From Anaerolineae bacterium (GTDB lineage: Bacteria > Chloroflexota > Anaerolineae > B4-G1 > DUEL01), in NCBI GenBank assembly GCA_036172315.1, contig JASFBC010000139.1:1728-65727 (forward strand): a DNA stretch of 64,000 nt, read 5' to 3'. Numbering within the stretch: the first letter of the stretch is position 1; the number at the start of each line of letters is the position of its first letter. Of the stretch, positions 45,729 through 55,459 are shown one piece after another. A model generated the notes under the pieces. It searched no databases and was not told the origin of the DNA. It saw nothing but the letters and a program-made list of their open reading frames with translations. The position numbers were made by a program, and so were the translations under genes.

Positions 45729-47729
45729 TTATTTGATCACCACCGTAGCCGGCAGGCCCTGGACAAACTGGAGACCGCCCAGCGTGTCGGTGTAGGGGTA
45801 TTCCACCGCCGCAGCGCGGTAGGCCTCAATGATGCCCGTATCAAAGAGGACGATGTAGGGCAGTTCGTCGGCCAGAATCTTCTGAATCTGGTCGGCGATG
45901 GCCTTGCAGGACTCCAGCGTGTCGCAGGACTTGATCTGGTCGGCTAGGGCGTCAAACTCAGGGTTGGAATAGCCACCGGCGTTGTTGTCACCCAGGCCCG
46001 CGCGCTCGCTGTGGAAGAAGTCGCGCACGTAGTCGGGGAAGATGGAGAGGCTCCAGCCCAGGATCCATATGTCAAAGTTCTGCTCGTCAAAGACCTTGGT
46101 GACGATGATGTTGAAGCCGGTGAGGTTGGCCTTGACGGGGATCCCGAACTCGTTGAGCCACTGCTCAATCCAGATGGCGAAGGTGGAGCGCAGCGGGTCG
46201 TAGCCGGGGCTGGGAGCCAGAAGTTCCATTTCGGGCACCGGCTTGCCGTCCGGCATGATGAGCCGGCCGCCGGGGGTAACCTGGCGGTTACCCTTATCCC
46301 AGGCCGGCTTCTGGTCGTTCTCCCACTTGTAACCGGCCGCCTCCAGGATTTCAATGGCCTTGTTGACGCGCTCCTCGCGGGTCATCGGGGTGCCATCCTC
46401 CTTCAGACCCCACTTGGGCACGTCGTCGGTATACCAGAAGGCATTGCCCTTGGGGACGAAGGAGTAGAGCGGGAAGGCCACGCCCTGGAGGATGGTCTTG
46501 GTCACGAACTCCTTGTCAATGAGAACGGCCACAGCCTGACGGAAGGCCTTGTCGTTCATCGGCGGCTTGCGGCAGTTAAAGCCCAGATAGCGGAACCCGT
46601 TGGTGTTATTCTCAATGACGGCCAGGTTGGGGTCTTCCTCAATCTGGGCTTTCAGCCCCCGCTGCAGGCCCAGCGGGTTGAGGACGAAGTCAATCTCCCC
46701 CGCCTTCAGGGCCAGCACCGCCGCGTCCTGGGTGCCGTAGAGGGTGTAGATGGCCGAGGAAGCGAAGGGGCCAACCTCCCACTCTTTGTCCACGTCACCC
46801 GTGGGCTCGCCGTAGCCGACGAACTCGTAGACCCCCTCCTTGAACTCCTTGTAGGCGCCATTCTTGTACTCAATCACTTTGGCGCCCTTGAAGAAGTAGT
46901 TGGGGTTGGCCGTGTTCTCGGCGAAGGCACCGGTCTCCCACTTAGAGAAGAGGTAGGAACCGGCCAGCGGCTCGCCCTCGGGGACATGGCCGAAGAGGAT
47001 GTTCAGAGCCTCGGCCTTCTTCTCCTCGTAGGCTTTCTTCTCTTCCTCCGGGGCATCCGCTGCAGGCGGGGTCAGCGCGGCCACCGCGGCCTTGGCCTGC
47101 TCCACGATGGGCCCCCAGTAGGCTTTAGAGAGGATGGGCCCCTGGAGCGCGCCGTACTCGTGGACCGCCAGGCCCGGCTTCTGCTTGTAGACGAACTTGA
47201 CGGTGTAGTCGTCCACCGCCTCCACGTGGTCCAGGTAGTTGCGGTCAAAGATGGAGGCCCAGTTGCCGGGCAGTTCCAGTTCCAGCGCAGTGTTGGCGGT
47301 GAAGGCCACATCGTGGGCAGTGACGGGGTTGCCGTCGCTCCACATTATGCCCTTCTTCATCTTGACCACGCTGACCCAGAACTCCCCTTCCTGCTTCATG
47401 GGTTCGGGCATCCCGTCGGCAATGCCGGGGACGAACTGGAAGGTGCGGTCCGCCAGGCCGTAGAGGCTCACCCGCTGCGGGCCCAGAACGTAGGCGTTCC
47501 ACACTGTGGCCTGGGGCCCCAGGTAAGCCCAATAGTTGGTGGTGGTCAGGTCCGAGAAGATGCCCACCCGGTAGGGCTTGGCCGGCACCGGTGTGGGGGT
47601 TGGCGGCACCGGGGTCGGCGCCTCCGTCGGCTTGGGCGGAGGGGTCGTCGGGGTCGCTGTTGGCTTGCAGGCCGCCAGCAGAAGCCCCACGACCACCAGC
47701 AGCGTTATGGCTAACAGTTCGCGCTTCAT
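45729..47729 (-). CDS. ABC transporter substrate-binding lipoprotein, family 5 (OppA/DppA-like)
   Basis: Lipobox LLAAC. 667 aa with the SBP_bac_5 architecture. Start at MKRELLAITLL with an AGGAGGAG SD. Confidence 0.85.
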   Translation of the reverse strand: MKRELLAITLLVVVGLLLAACKPTATPTTPPPKPTEAPTPVPPTPTPVPAKPYRVGIFSDLTTTNYWAYLGPQATVWNAYVLGPQRVSLYGLADRTFQFVPGIADGMPEPMKQEGEFWVSVVKMKKGIMWSDGNPVTAHDVAFTANTALELELPGNWASIFDRNYLDHVEAVDDYTVKFVYKQKPGLAVHEYGALQGPILSKAYWGPIVEQAKAAVAALTPPAADAPEEEKKAYEEKKAEALNILFGHVPEGEPLAGSYLFSKWETGAFAENTANPNYFFKGAKVIEYKNGAYKEFKEGVYEFVGYGEPTGDVDKEWEVGPFASSAIYTLYGTQDAAVLALKAGEIDFVLNPLGLQRGLKAQIEEDPNLAVIENNTNGFRYLGFNCRKPPMNDKAFRQAVAVLIDKEFVTKTILQGVAFPLYSFVPKGNAFWYTDDVPKWGLKEDGTPMTREERVNKAIEILEAAGYKWENDQKPAWDKGNRQVTPGGRLIMPDGKPVPEMELLAPSPGYDPLRSTFAIWIEQWLNEFGIPVKANLTGFNIIVTKVFDEQNFDIWILGWSLSIFPDYVRDFFHSERAGLGDNNAGGYSNPEFDALADQIKSCDTLESCKAIADQIQKILADELPYIVLFDTGIIEAYRAAAVEYPYTDTLGGLQFVQGLPATVVIK

Positions 47730-47968
47730 CGTTTCTCCTCCTGGGTTGGTAAATGGTAGATTGGTGATCGGTAAATTGGTATGGGGTCGGGGGATGTATC
47801 CGTCTTCTCCTCCAGGCATCACCTCCTTTCGCACAGATGAGAACTGACACGCTCTATAAATAATACAGTTTGCGGGCCAAAAAGGTTCAAATCAGACCAC
47901 AGACGATGGACGACAATCGTCCGTGGTCCGAGGTCCGTCGTCAGTCGTCCGTGGTCCGTCGTCCGTGG

Positions 47969-49621
47969 TCAGTGATCGGTAGTCAGTGACCGGACCATAT
48001 ACGTTCCCTCCAGGCGGAAGCCGCGCGCCCGGTAGTAGGGGCGGGTGCCGACGGCAGCGATGACGGCCAGCCGCCGGTAGCCGGCCTCCCGGGCCATGTC
48101 CGCCGCCCGCTCCAGGAGACGGGTGCCCAAGCCCGTGTGCTGGGCCCGCCCATCCCGCCGCCGGCCCAACTCCAGCGCCGGACCGTAGACATGGAGTTCC
48201 CGCACCACGGCGCTCCCGCGCAGTTCTTCCAACTCCGGCTCCACCCGGGGGAAAGAGAGCCGCAGGAAGCCCGCCAGATGCCCGTCCGGAGTCTCGCCCG
48301 CCAGGAAGTGCTCCACCGTGGCGTCGGTCTCGTAGGAGGTGACGGTAAGGGCCAGGGACGACGGGTCCACCGGCCGGCCGCGCACCTCCCGGCAGCGGAT
48401 GCACCGACAGCGCAGGCCCTGGCGCATCATCTCCGCCCGCACCACCTCCCGCAGGTTGGAACGGGTCACCCCAGCGACGATGTTCGGGGCCGGGATGTCC
48501 CGCATCAGGCGGTTGAGCCGGACGTAGGGAGGGATGAGGGCTTTGCAGGCCACCAGTAGCCGGACCAGCGTCTCCTCGTCGTAGGGCCGGTACTTTCCTT
48601 CCCGCCAGAGGTCGTAGAGGTCGGTCTCCTCCAGGAGCAGACAGGGGTAGATTTTCAGTTCGTCGGGCCGCAGAGCGGGGTCCTCCCACAACCGCCGGAA
48701 GTCTTCCAGGTCCCGCTCCGGGGTGGCACCGTAGAGATCGGGCATCCAGTGGAGGAGGATTTTGAAGCCCGCCAGGCGGAGCCGCCGGACGGCAGCGCGG
48801 GTCTCAGCGACGGTGTGGCCGCGCCGGTTAAGGGCCAGAATCTCGTCGTTCAGGCTCTGGACGCCCAGTTGGACTTTGGTCACCCCCAGGGCGCGCAACC
48901 GGCGGACTTCATCCGGGGTAATGCAGTCGGGCCGGGTCTCCACCACCAGCCCGACGTTGCGGTGAGGGGCCGTCTCGTTGCGGGTCTGGGCCTCTACCAG
49001 GGTCGGGGACTCCTCTCCGTTCATCGCATCCAGGCAGCGGCGGACGAACCATTCCTGGTAGTCGGGGGAGTAGTCGGACCAGGTGCCGCCCAGGATGAGG
49101 AGTTCTACCTTGTCGGTGGGGTGGCCGATGTTCTCCAGCGCCTGGAGGCGGCCCGCCGTCTGGGCAAAGGGGTCGTAGCCGAAGCGGATGGCCCGCTGGA
49201 CCCCCGGCTCGTCGGGGAGGTAGGATTTGGGGGCATTGGGGACGGTCGGGCAGTAGAGGCAGCGGCCCCGGCATGGGTGCGGCGGGGTCAGGACGGAGAC
49301 GGGGGCGACGCCGGAGATGGTGCGGGTGGGCTTGCGGCTCAAGGCCTGCTCCAGGCGCGGGTCGGGCGTCAGTTCGCCCACGGCGCAGAGGCGGCGGTAG
49401 GCGCGCAGGAGTTGGTCGCGAGAATAGAGGCCACCGCCAGGGCGGGGGTATTGGCGGATGATGGCCTCTACCCGTCTGGGCGTCAGGTGCCCGGCAGAGG
49501 CCAGGGCGCGCACGCAGGCCGCGCCCTCGGGGGCAACCGCAAGGGTTGTCCCTACAACGGTGGCCGCCAGAGATGGCTGGTATCGTTCATCAGCACCAGG
49601 CGGTAGAATTTCCCATTCCAT
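47969..49621 (-). CDS. Elp3-like radical SAM / GNAT acetyltransferase (tRNA U34 carboxymethyl-modification enzyme homolog)
   Basis: Radical SAM motif CRGRCLYCP, SGVAPVSVLTPPHP, a central radical SAM core, and a C-terminal GNAT (RRLAVIAAVGTRPYYRARGFRLEGTYMVRSL). An alternative GTG start at ~49513 would avoid the 70-nt overlap with the upstream gene. Confidence 0.8.
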   Translation of the reverse strand: MEWEILPPGADERYQPSLAATVVGTTLAVAPEGAACVRALASAGHLTPRRVEAIIRQYPRPGGGLYSRDQLLRAYRRLCAVGELTPDPRLEQALSRKPTRTISGVAPVSVLTPPHPCRGRCLYCPTVPNAPKSYLPDEPGVQRAIRFGYDPFAQTAGRLQALENIGHPTDKVELLILGGTWSDYSPDYQEWFVRRCLDAMNGEESPTLVEAQTRNETAPHRNVGLVVETRPDCITPDEVRRLRALGVTKVQLGVQSLNDEILALNRRGHTVAETRAAVRRLRLAGFKILLHWMPDLYGATPERDLEDFRRLWEDPALRPDELKIYPCLLLEETDLYDLWREGKYRPYDEETLVRLLVACKALIPPYVRLNRLMRDIPAPNIVAGVTRSNLREVVRAEMMRQGLRCRCIRCREVRGRPVDPSSLALTVTSYETDATVEHFLAGETPDGHLAGFLRLSFPRVEPELEELRGSAVVRELHVYGPALELGRRRDGRAQHTGLGTRLLERAADMAREAGYRRLAVIAAVGTRPYYRARGFRLEGTYMVRSLTTDH

Positions 49622-50187
49622 TCAATCTGATTGACGGCGCAAGTGTCCTGGACTATATGCCAGAAATGGTCGTTGCCCAGGCCCAGGACGGCGCAGAGGA
49701 GCACCTGGTTGACCACCCGGTGGGCCACCAGAGCGACAGTCTCCCTGGGGTGGCGGCGGACGGTCTCCTCCAGGGCGGCCATAGAACGCTCCCGGACCGC
49801 GTCCAGGCTTTCGCCGCCGGGGAAGTGGACGGTGTGGGGCGCCTCCCGCCAGGCCCGCCAGAGGTCGGGGTAGCGCTCCTGGATTTCGGGAATGGTAAGC
49901 CCTTCCCACTCGCCGAAACTGAGGTCCAGGAGGCCTTCCAGCGGTTGGGCCTGGAGGCCCTGGGCTTCGGCGACCGCGCGGGCGGTCTCCATAGCCCGGG
50001 AGAGGGGGCTGGCGTAGACGGCGGTGAGGGGCCAGCGGGCGGCGACGTAGCGGGCCGTGGCCCGGGCCTGAGCCCGTCCTTCCTCACTCAGAGGGACGTC
50101 GCTCCGGCCGCGAATGCGTTCGCCCGGTTCGTTCCAGGCGGTTTGTCCGTGACGGATAAGGATGATAGTGGTAGTTTCAGGGCGCAT
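49552..50187 (-). CDS. Histidine phosphatase family protein (phosphoglycerate mutase-like)
   Basis: RHG motif (IILIRHGQTAWN) and the conserved His region (VALVAHRVV). Confidence 0.82.
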   Translation of the reverse strand: MRPETTTIILIRHGQTAWNEPGERIRGRSDVPLSEEGRAQARATARYVAARWPLTAVYASPLSRAMETARAVAEAQGLQAQPLEGLLDLSFGEWEGLTIPEIQERYPDLWRAWREAPHTVHFPGGESLDAVRERSMAALEETVRRHPRETVALVAHRVVNQVLLCAVLGLGNDHFWHIVQDTCAVNQIEWNGKFYRLVLMNDTSHLWRPPL

Positions 50188-50202
50188 ATTGCAGGGAGCG
50201 GG

Positions 50203-51471
50203 TTACAGGTTTAGTGCGCTCAGTTGACTGGTCAGGTCCTGCGGCGTCGCCGCTTCTATCGGGATGTAACGCAGGCCGGGGTAGTAGGTCTGGAAAAATT
50301 GGGCCAGGTCACCGGGCCAGAGGTGCGGGTTGATAGCGATGACGGTGCGAACGTCCAGCGCGCCAATGCCGGCATCGTCGGCGCTCCCCCCGATGGTCCA
50401 GCGGTACCGGTCCCAGGCGCCGCTGGCGAGGATGGCCTCCACCCACTCCCGGCCCGCTCCCGGCGGCAGGAGAACGTAGGTGCGCGGGTACTGTTCCCGG
50501 GGCAGACCCAGAGGGACTTCCGGCTCCGGTCGGGCGTTCTCCCGGTTCCGGATGGAAATCATATGCTCCAGCAGGCGGGGGTACGCGTACTCATAACTGC
50601 AGTCCTCCCAGCCTGGAGATGGGCCAATTGTAAAGGGGCAGAAAGCCCAGTGGTAATAGTCCTTGCTGGCCTCCGCATCGTACCACGCCACCCGGCGGGC
50701 GACCTCTTCGGCGGAGAAGCCGGTATAGGGGCCTCCGGCTCCTACTGGATAGAATTCGCTGACCACCAGTGGCACTACCTCGCTGCGCATCTTCAGCAGG
50801 TGGTAGAGATAGCGGTAGCGGAAGCAGAGGGCGCCGGCCCCCTCCACCACCGGTGAGCCGGGAATCTGGTGGCCCCACCACTGGTCAATGGGCCAGTCGT
50901 AGAAGACGCCCTCGTGGAGGGTGAGGATGTGGCCGCCCTGGCGGGCGCGGCCGAAGACCCCCGTCTCCACCATAGCCTGCATCTCGGCCCACTCCGGTGT
51001 CCCGGCGTTGAAGGCGAAGATGCCCAGTTTCAGGCCGTGCCGTTCGGCCTTCTCCATGCAGAGAATCATCAATTGGGCCAGGCGGCGGTACCCCGCCACC
51101 CCGGGCGGGGCCGGTTCGTTGCAGACCTCCCAATAGTCCACCACGCGGCCGCCCTGCAGTTCGGGGCTGACGGCGATTTTGTTGAGGATCAATTGAACCA
51201 GCGAATCCGCGAGTTGGGCGAGGTCGGCGCCCATGATGTTGGGGGCGGCTTCTATGGCGGAAGTGAGCCGCCCAACAGTGATGACTTCGGGGGCTAACGC
51301 TTTCACTTCGGCCAGCGTACTCAAATTGTCCACGGCTTTAATGACGGGAAATCGGGCGCTGTTTTCCAGCAACTGCCGCAGGTAGGAGATGGTGGGACCC
51401 GAAGCGATGGTGTGCACGCCCAGTTTGCTGCCCCGTTCTACGAAGGGGTACGGCCAGGTTTCTCCGGACAT
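50203..51471 (-). CDS. Glycoside hydrolase-like protein (TIM-barrel, GH5-type NEP motif; family uncertain)
   Basis: WEVCNEP (acid/base) and VVSEFY (candidate nucleophile). 422 aa. AAGGAGG SD. Confidence 0.5.
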   Translation of the reverse strand: MSGETWPYPFVERGSKLGVHTIASGPTISYLRQLLENSARFPVIKAVDNLSTLAEVKALAPEVITVGRLTSAIEAAPNIMGADLAQLADSLVQLILNKIAVSPELQGGRVVDYWEVCNEPAPPGVAGYRRLAQLMILCMEKAERHGLKLGIFAFNAGTPEWAEMQAMVETGVFGRARQGGHILTLHEGVFYDWPIDQWWGHQIPGSPVVEGAGALCFRYRYLYHLLKMRSEVVPLVVSEFYPVGAGGPYTGFSAEEVARRVAWYDAEASKDYYHWAFCPFTIGPSPGWEDCSYEYAYPRLLEHMISIRNRENARPEPEVPLGLPREQYPRTYVLLPPGAGREWVEAILASGAWDRYRWTIGGSADDAGIGALDVRTVIAINPHLWPGDLAQFFQTYYPGLRYIPIEAATPQDLTSQLSALNL

Positions 51472-51637
51472 GGGGGGCCTCCTTACATCGGTATGCTGGT
51501 GATTGGTATACTGGTGATTGGTATATTGGTGATTGGTAGCATACTGGGGTTCGCCGCGCCTGGGGCAATTTTACCACAAAATGATGTATTTGCCACTCTG
51601 AGGATAGGTGGGTTGGGTTTTGCGGCTCAGGCGGGCC

Positions 51638-51666
51638 TTGACAAAATTTGCCATTTGTGGTAAAAT
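51638..51666 (+). promoter_or_regulatory. Candidate sigma-70 promoter TTGACA-17-TAAAAT for the membrane-protein/regulator/ABC-2 operon
   Basis: TTGACA at 51638-51643 and TAAAAT at 51661-51666, followed by a GGAGG SD and the ATG at 51702. Confidence 0.45.
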
Positions 51667-51701
51667 ACTTTGCAGCATAGAGAACTTTATGCGGAGGAAA
51701 T

Positions 51702-52277
51702 ATGCAACCCCAAGACGCGTTGGATGATCTGAGAGCCATCCGTCAGATTATGGAGCGGGCCCGCCGGGCCTCGGACGGGTTCGGGGGCTGGTTCATGGTG
51801 CTCTGGGGAGCCATCTGGCTGGTCGGCTTCACCGGCACCCACTTTATAGTCCAGGCTCGCCTGGAGCAGTTTACTCACTGGCTCTGGATGCCGCTGAATA
51901 TCCTGGGCATTCTGGGCACCATCTACCTGGGCATCCGGATGGGAGAACGGGCGCGGAGGAAATCCTCCGCCCTCTGGGGGCCCATTTTCCTCTGGTGGCT
52001 GGCCCTGGCGGCTTTTGACGGCGCGCTGATCTGGAAGTTGCGGCTCTACACCGACGGGGCCAATGTTGCCCTCCTGATCGTCCTCACCATTGCCCTGGGC
52101 TACATCCAGTTCGGCCTGTTCATTTACTGGGGGATCAGCGTGATCGGGCTCTTTATCGGCCTGCTGGCGCTGACCCTGGTGACGTGGTTGCCGGAGTACT
52201 TCAACCTGGGGGTGGCGCTTCTGGGCGGTGGAGCGCTGATCGGCAGTGGACTCTGGTTCATCCGCCATGGGGAGTGA
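51702..52277 (+). CDS. Hypothetical integral membrane protein (4-5 TM)
   Basis: Hydrophobic segments with no conserved motifs recognised. Confidence 0.55.
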   Translation: MQPQDALDDLRAIRQIMERARRASDGFGGWFMVLWGAIWLVGFTGTHFIVQARLEQFTHWLWMPLNILGILGTIYLGIRMGERARRKSSALWGPIFLWWLALAAFDGALIWKLRLYTDGANVALLIVLTIALGYIQFGLFIYWGISVIGLFIGLLALTLVTWLPEYFNLGVALLGGGALIGSGLWFIRHGE

Positions 52278-52279
52278 AG

Positions 52280-52573
52280 ATGGCGGACCTGGACCCCGTC
52301 ATCCATCAACCGACCCGCCTGCGCATTATGGCCGCGCTGGTCGGCCTGGATGAGGGCGATAAGGCCGACTTCGGCTTCCTGCGCGACCTCCTGGGCCTGA
52401 CCGACGGCAACCTCAGCGCGCACCTCCAGCGGCTGGAGGAGGCGGGCTATGTGCAGATAGAGAAGACCTTCGTTGGGCGCCGTCCCAAGACCTGGGTCTG
52501 CGCGACGGCGGAGGGACGGGCAGCATTCGCAGCCTACGTGGATGCTTTGGAAAGTATCCTGTACCCCAAATAA
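52280..52573 (+). CDS. Winged-helix transcriptional regulator (HTH_34-like)
   Basis: IHQPTRLRIMAALV..DGNLSAHLQRLEEAGYVQIEK..GRRPKTWVCATAEGRAAF. Start at MADLDPV; the ORF-track upstream part overlaps the previous gene. Confidence 0.7.
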   Translation: MADLDPVIHQPTRLRIMAALVGLDEGDKADFGFLRDLLGLTDGNLSAHLQRLEEAGYVQIEKTFVGRRPKTWVCATAEGRAAFAAYVDALESILYPK

Positions 52574-52591
52574 TGCAAAAGGAGGCAGAAG

Positions 52592-53518
52592 ATGAGTAAA
52601 CCGATGGGCGTCGCTGTAGAGGTTAGCAACCTGCACAAATCCTACGGGCCGGTGCGGGCGGTGGATGGAATCTCCTTCACCGTAGAGGTGGGGGAGATTT
52701 TCGGCATGGTCGGCCCCAACGGTGCTGGGAAGACCACCACCATAGAGTGCGTGGAGGGGTTGCGCCGCCCCGACCGGGGGACGATCCGGGTGCTGGGGGT
52801 GGACCCGCAGCGGGACGGCTATGAACTCCGCCGCCGCATCGGCGTCCAGTTGCAGGAAGCGGCCCTGCCTCCCCGGCTGAAGGTGGGGGAGGCACTGGAC
52901 CTCTTCGGCTCCTTCTACCCTCGCCGGGTGGATGGGGATCCGCTGCTGGAGCAACTGGGGCTGGCGGAGAAGCGGAACGCGCCCTTTGACCGACTCTCCG
53001 GCGGTCAGAAGCAGCGCCTCTTCATCGCCCTGGCGCTGATCAACGACCCGGAACTGGTCTTCCTGGACGAGTTGACTACCGGCCTGGACCCGCAGGCCCG
53101 CCGGGCGATGTGGGACCTGGTGCGAGGCATTCGGGACCGGGGCAAGACAGTCTTCCTGACCACCCACTATATGGAGGAGGCGGAGCGGCTCTGCGACCGG
53201 GTGGCCATCATAGACCACGGGAAAATTGTCGCTATGGACGCGCCGGAGAACCTCATCCGCTCCCTGGGAGCGGAGCAGCGGGTGGTCTTCCGTGCCGAAG
53301 GGCATTGGGACGACACGCCGCTCCGGCAGGTACCTGGTGTAACCCGGGTGGAGCATATCGGGGAGCGGGTGGTGGTCTACGGGAAGGGGGAGGGGCTGGT
53401 CGGCGGGGTCATCGGCCTGCTGGAGCAGGCCGGAATGCCCTTCCGCGACCTGCGCACCGAGCAGCCCTCACTGGAAGATGTCTTCCTGGCACTGACGGGG
53501 AGAGAGATGCGGGAATAG
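52592..53518 (+). CDS. ABC transporter ATP-binding protein (ABC-2/DrrA-like exporter)
   Basis: GPNGAGKTT, LSGGQKQRLFIALAL, and the D-loop/H-loop. Confidence 0.85.
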   Translation: MSKPMGVAVEVSNLHKSYGPVRAVDGISFTVEVGEIFGMVGPNGAGKTTTIECVEGLRRPDRGTIRVLGVDPQRDGYELRRRIGVQLQEAALPPRLKVGEALDLFGSFYPRRVDGDPLLEQLGLAEKRNAPFDRLSGGQKQRLFIALALINDPELVFLDELTTGLDPQARRAMWDLVRGIRDRGKTVFLTTHYMEEAERLCDRVAIIDHGKIVAMDAPENLIRSLGAEQRVVFRAEGHWDDTPLRQVPGVTRVEHIGERVVVYGKGEGLVGGVIGLLEQAGMPFRDLRTEQPSLEDVFLALTGREMRE

Positions 53519-53527
53519 GAGGCAACC

Positions 53528-54271
53528 ATGCGCGGGCTGACGAAGTTGATCTGGGTTCAAATGAAGCTCTATCTGCGGGAGCCGGTTGCAACCTTCTTCA
53601 CCGTTTTCTTTGCGCCCCTGATGCTTCTGCTCTTTGGCGCCATCTACGGCAACAAGCCCAGCCCCTTTTTCGGCGGGCGGGGCGCTATGGATGTTTCGGT
53701 GCCCTCGTACATCGGCATGATCACCGCCAGTGTAGCGCTGATGGGCTTGCCTATCGGCACGGCGGCGGCGCGCGAAAGCGGCATCCTGCGGCGCTTCCGG
53801 GCCACCCCCCTCCACCCTTTGGCCTATATGCTCAGCGACATCCTCAGTTACCTCCTGATGACGATGCTGGGCGTTCTGTTGCTCATTCTAACCGGCAAAC
53901 TGGTCTTCAACGTCCGCTTTGAGGGCAACCTGCTGAGTGTGCTGGCAGGCTTTCTGTTGGGGACGGGGGCCTTTTTCGCGCTGGGGTATCTGATCGCCGG
54001 GCTGGCCCCCACTGCCCGCGTCGCCCAGACTGTGGGGATGGTTCTGTTCTTTCCGATGATCTTCCTCTCCGGCGCCACCATCCCCTGGGAAGTCCTCCCC
54101 AAAGGTGTGCGGGCGGCGGCCCAGTACATCCCGTTGACTCACGTGCTGAGGCTGATGAAGGGACTGTGGTTCGGTGAGGCGTGGGGAGAACACCTGGTGG
54201 AGGTCGCGGTGCTGGTAGGGTGCCTGGTGGTAGGGGGAATCGTCGCGGCGCGGACGTTTCGGTGGGAGTAA
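53528..54271 (+). CDS. ABC-2 family transporter permease
   Basis: 6-TM ABC-2 type permease, 247 aa, coupled to the ATPase. Confidence 0.8.
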   Translation: MRGLTKLIWVQMKLYLREPVATFFTVFFAPLMLLLFGAIYGNKPSPFFGGRGAMDVSVPSYIGMITASVALMGLPIGTAAARESGILRRFRATPLHPLAYMLSDILSYLLMTMLGVLLLILTGKLVFNVRFEGNLLSVLAGFLLGTGAFFALGYLIAGLAPTARVAQTVGMVLFFPMIFLSGATIPWEVLPKGVRAAAQYIPLTHVLRLMKGLWFGEAWGEHLVEVAVLVGCLVVGGIVAARTFRWE

Positions 54272-54302
54272 GATGACGGTCGCCTCCAGGGCGACCGTCA
54301 TC
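54272..54302. terminator. Bidirectional terminator hairpin GATGACGGTCGCC-tccag-GGCGACCGTCATC between convergent genes
   Basis: Perfect 13-bp inverted repeat between the permease stop and the sigA stop. Confidence 0.55.
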
Positions 54303-55432
54303 TACAGGTATTGTCGCAGTTGTCGGCTGCGGCGAGGATGACGCAGCCGGCGGAGAGCCTTGCCCTCAATCTGGCGGATTCGCTCGCGCGTTAGGCCAAA
54401 CTTCTGTCCCACCTCCTCCAGCGTGTGGCTGCGGCCTCCCCCCAGCCCAAAACGGAGGCGCAGGATGCGGGCTTCCCGAGGGTTGAGTGTGGAAAGCACT
54501 TCCTCTATCTTTTCCGCCAGCATCTTCTGGTACGCGCTTTGGGGAGGGGTGGGGGTGGAGTCATCCTCAATGAATGCCCCCAGTTCGTTATCTTCCTCTT
54601 CCCCTACCGGGTGTTCCAGACTGAGCGGCCTCCACGAGACGCGCAACATCCACTGGACTTTGCGCGGTTCCATATCCAGTTCAGCGGCGATCTCCTCAGG
54701 GGTCGGGGGACGACCGTACTCCTGCTCCAGTTGCTGGGCCGTCTTGTAGAGTCGGCGGATGCGGTCGGACATATGGACGGGAACGCGGATGGTTCGGCTC
54801 TGGTCGGCTACGGCCCGGCTGATCGTTTGACGGATCCACCAGGTCGCATAAGTACTGAACCGGTAACCTCGCCGGTAGTCAAATTTCTCCACGGCTTTCA
54901 TAAGGCCGAGGTTCCCTTCCTGAATCAGGTCCAGGAAGGGAACGCCGCGGCCGATGTATTTCTTGGCGATGCTGACGACCAGGCGAGTGTTTGCCTTGAT
55001 CAGGTGTTCCCGTGCTGCCCGGCCTTCTTCCACTAACGCTTCCAGTCGGGCCCGCTCCACCGGGTCTGTCCCGTCTTTGGAAAGTCTCTGCTCCGCCTCG
55101 CGCCCGATCTCAATGACATGGGCCAGACGAGTTTCTTCTTCCAGAGAGAGCAACGGCACCCGGGCCATTTCCCGGAGATAAAGGCCCACCGCGTCATCGG
55201 CCGCAATCCCGCTCATGTCATCCAGGTCCACCTCCGCCGGCTCGGCCGGGCCTTCCGTCTCCGGTGCGGGTAATTCATCGTACACCTCAATGCCCGCTTC
55301 GCTCAACAGTGCAATGATTTCATCCAGTTGCTCCGGGGAGCATTCAGCCTCTGGCAAAAGGTCCAGAATATCACCGGTAGTCAGGTACCCCTGGGCTTCC
55401 GCCTTCTCCAGCAATTCTTCCAGTATATCCAT
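54302..55432 (-). CDS. sigA: RNA polymerase sigma-70 factor, group 1 (primary sigma factor)
   Basis: Regions 1.2, 2 ([14 protein letters not shown]), 3, and 4 ([20 protein letters not shown]). AAGGAG SD. Confidence 0.9.
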   Translation of the reverse strand: MDILEELLEKAEAQGYLTTGDILDLLPEAECSPEQLDEIIALLSEAGIEVYDELPAPETEGPAEPAEVDLDDMSGIAADDAVGLYLREMARVPLLSLEEETRLAHVIEIGREAEQRLSKDGTDPVERARLEALVEEGRAAREHLIKANTRLVVSIAKKYIGRGVPFLDLIQEGNLGLMKAVEKFDYRRGYRFSTYATWWIRQTISRAVADQSRTIRVPVHMSDRIRRLYKTAQQLEQEYGRPPTPEEIAAELDMEPRKVQWMLRVSWRPLSLEHPVGEEEDNELGAFIEDDSTPTPPQSAYQKMLAEKIEEVLSTLNPREARILRLRFGLGGGRSHTLEEVGQKFGLTRERIRQIEGKALRRLRHPRRSRQLRQYL

Positions 55433-55459
55433 CCTCCCTACTCCTTACTTCCCGATCTT

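Noticed and set aside
51702-54271. Membrane protein + winged-helix regulator + ABC-2 exporter as a novel defense or toxin-export system
   Set aside because: This architecture is a common stress/drug efflux module (PadR/HTH_34-type regulator with a DrrAB-like exporter). Nothing in the sequences suggests more than that.
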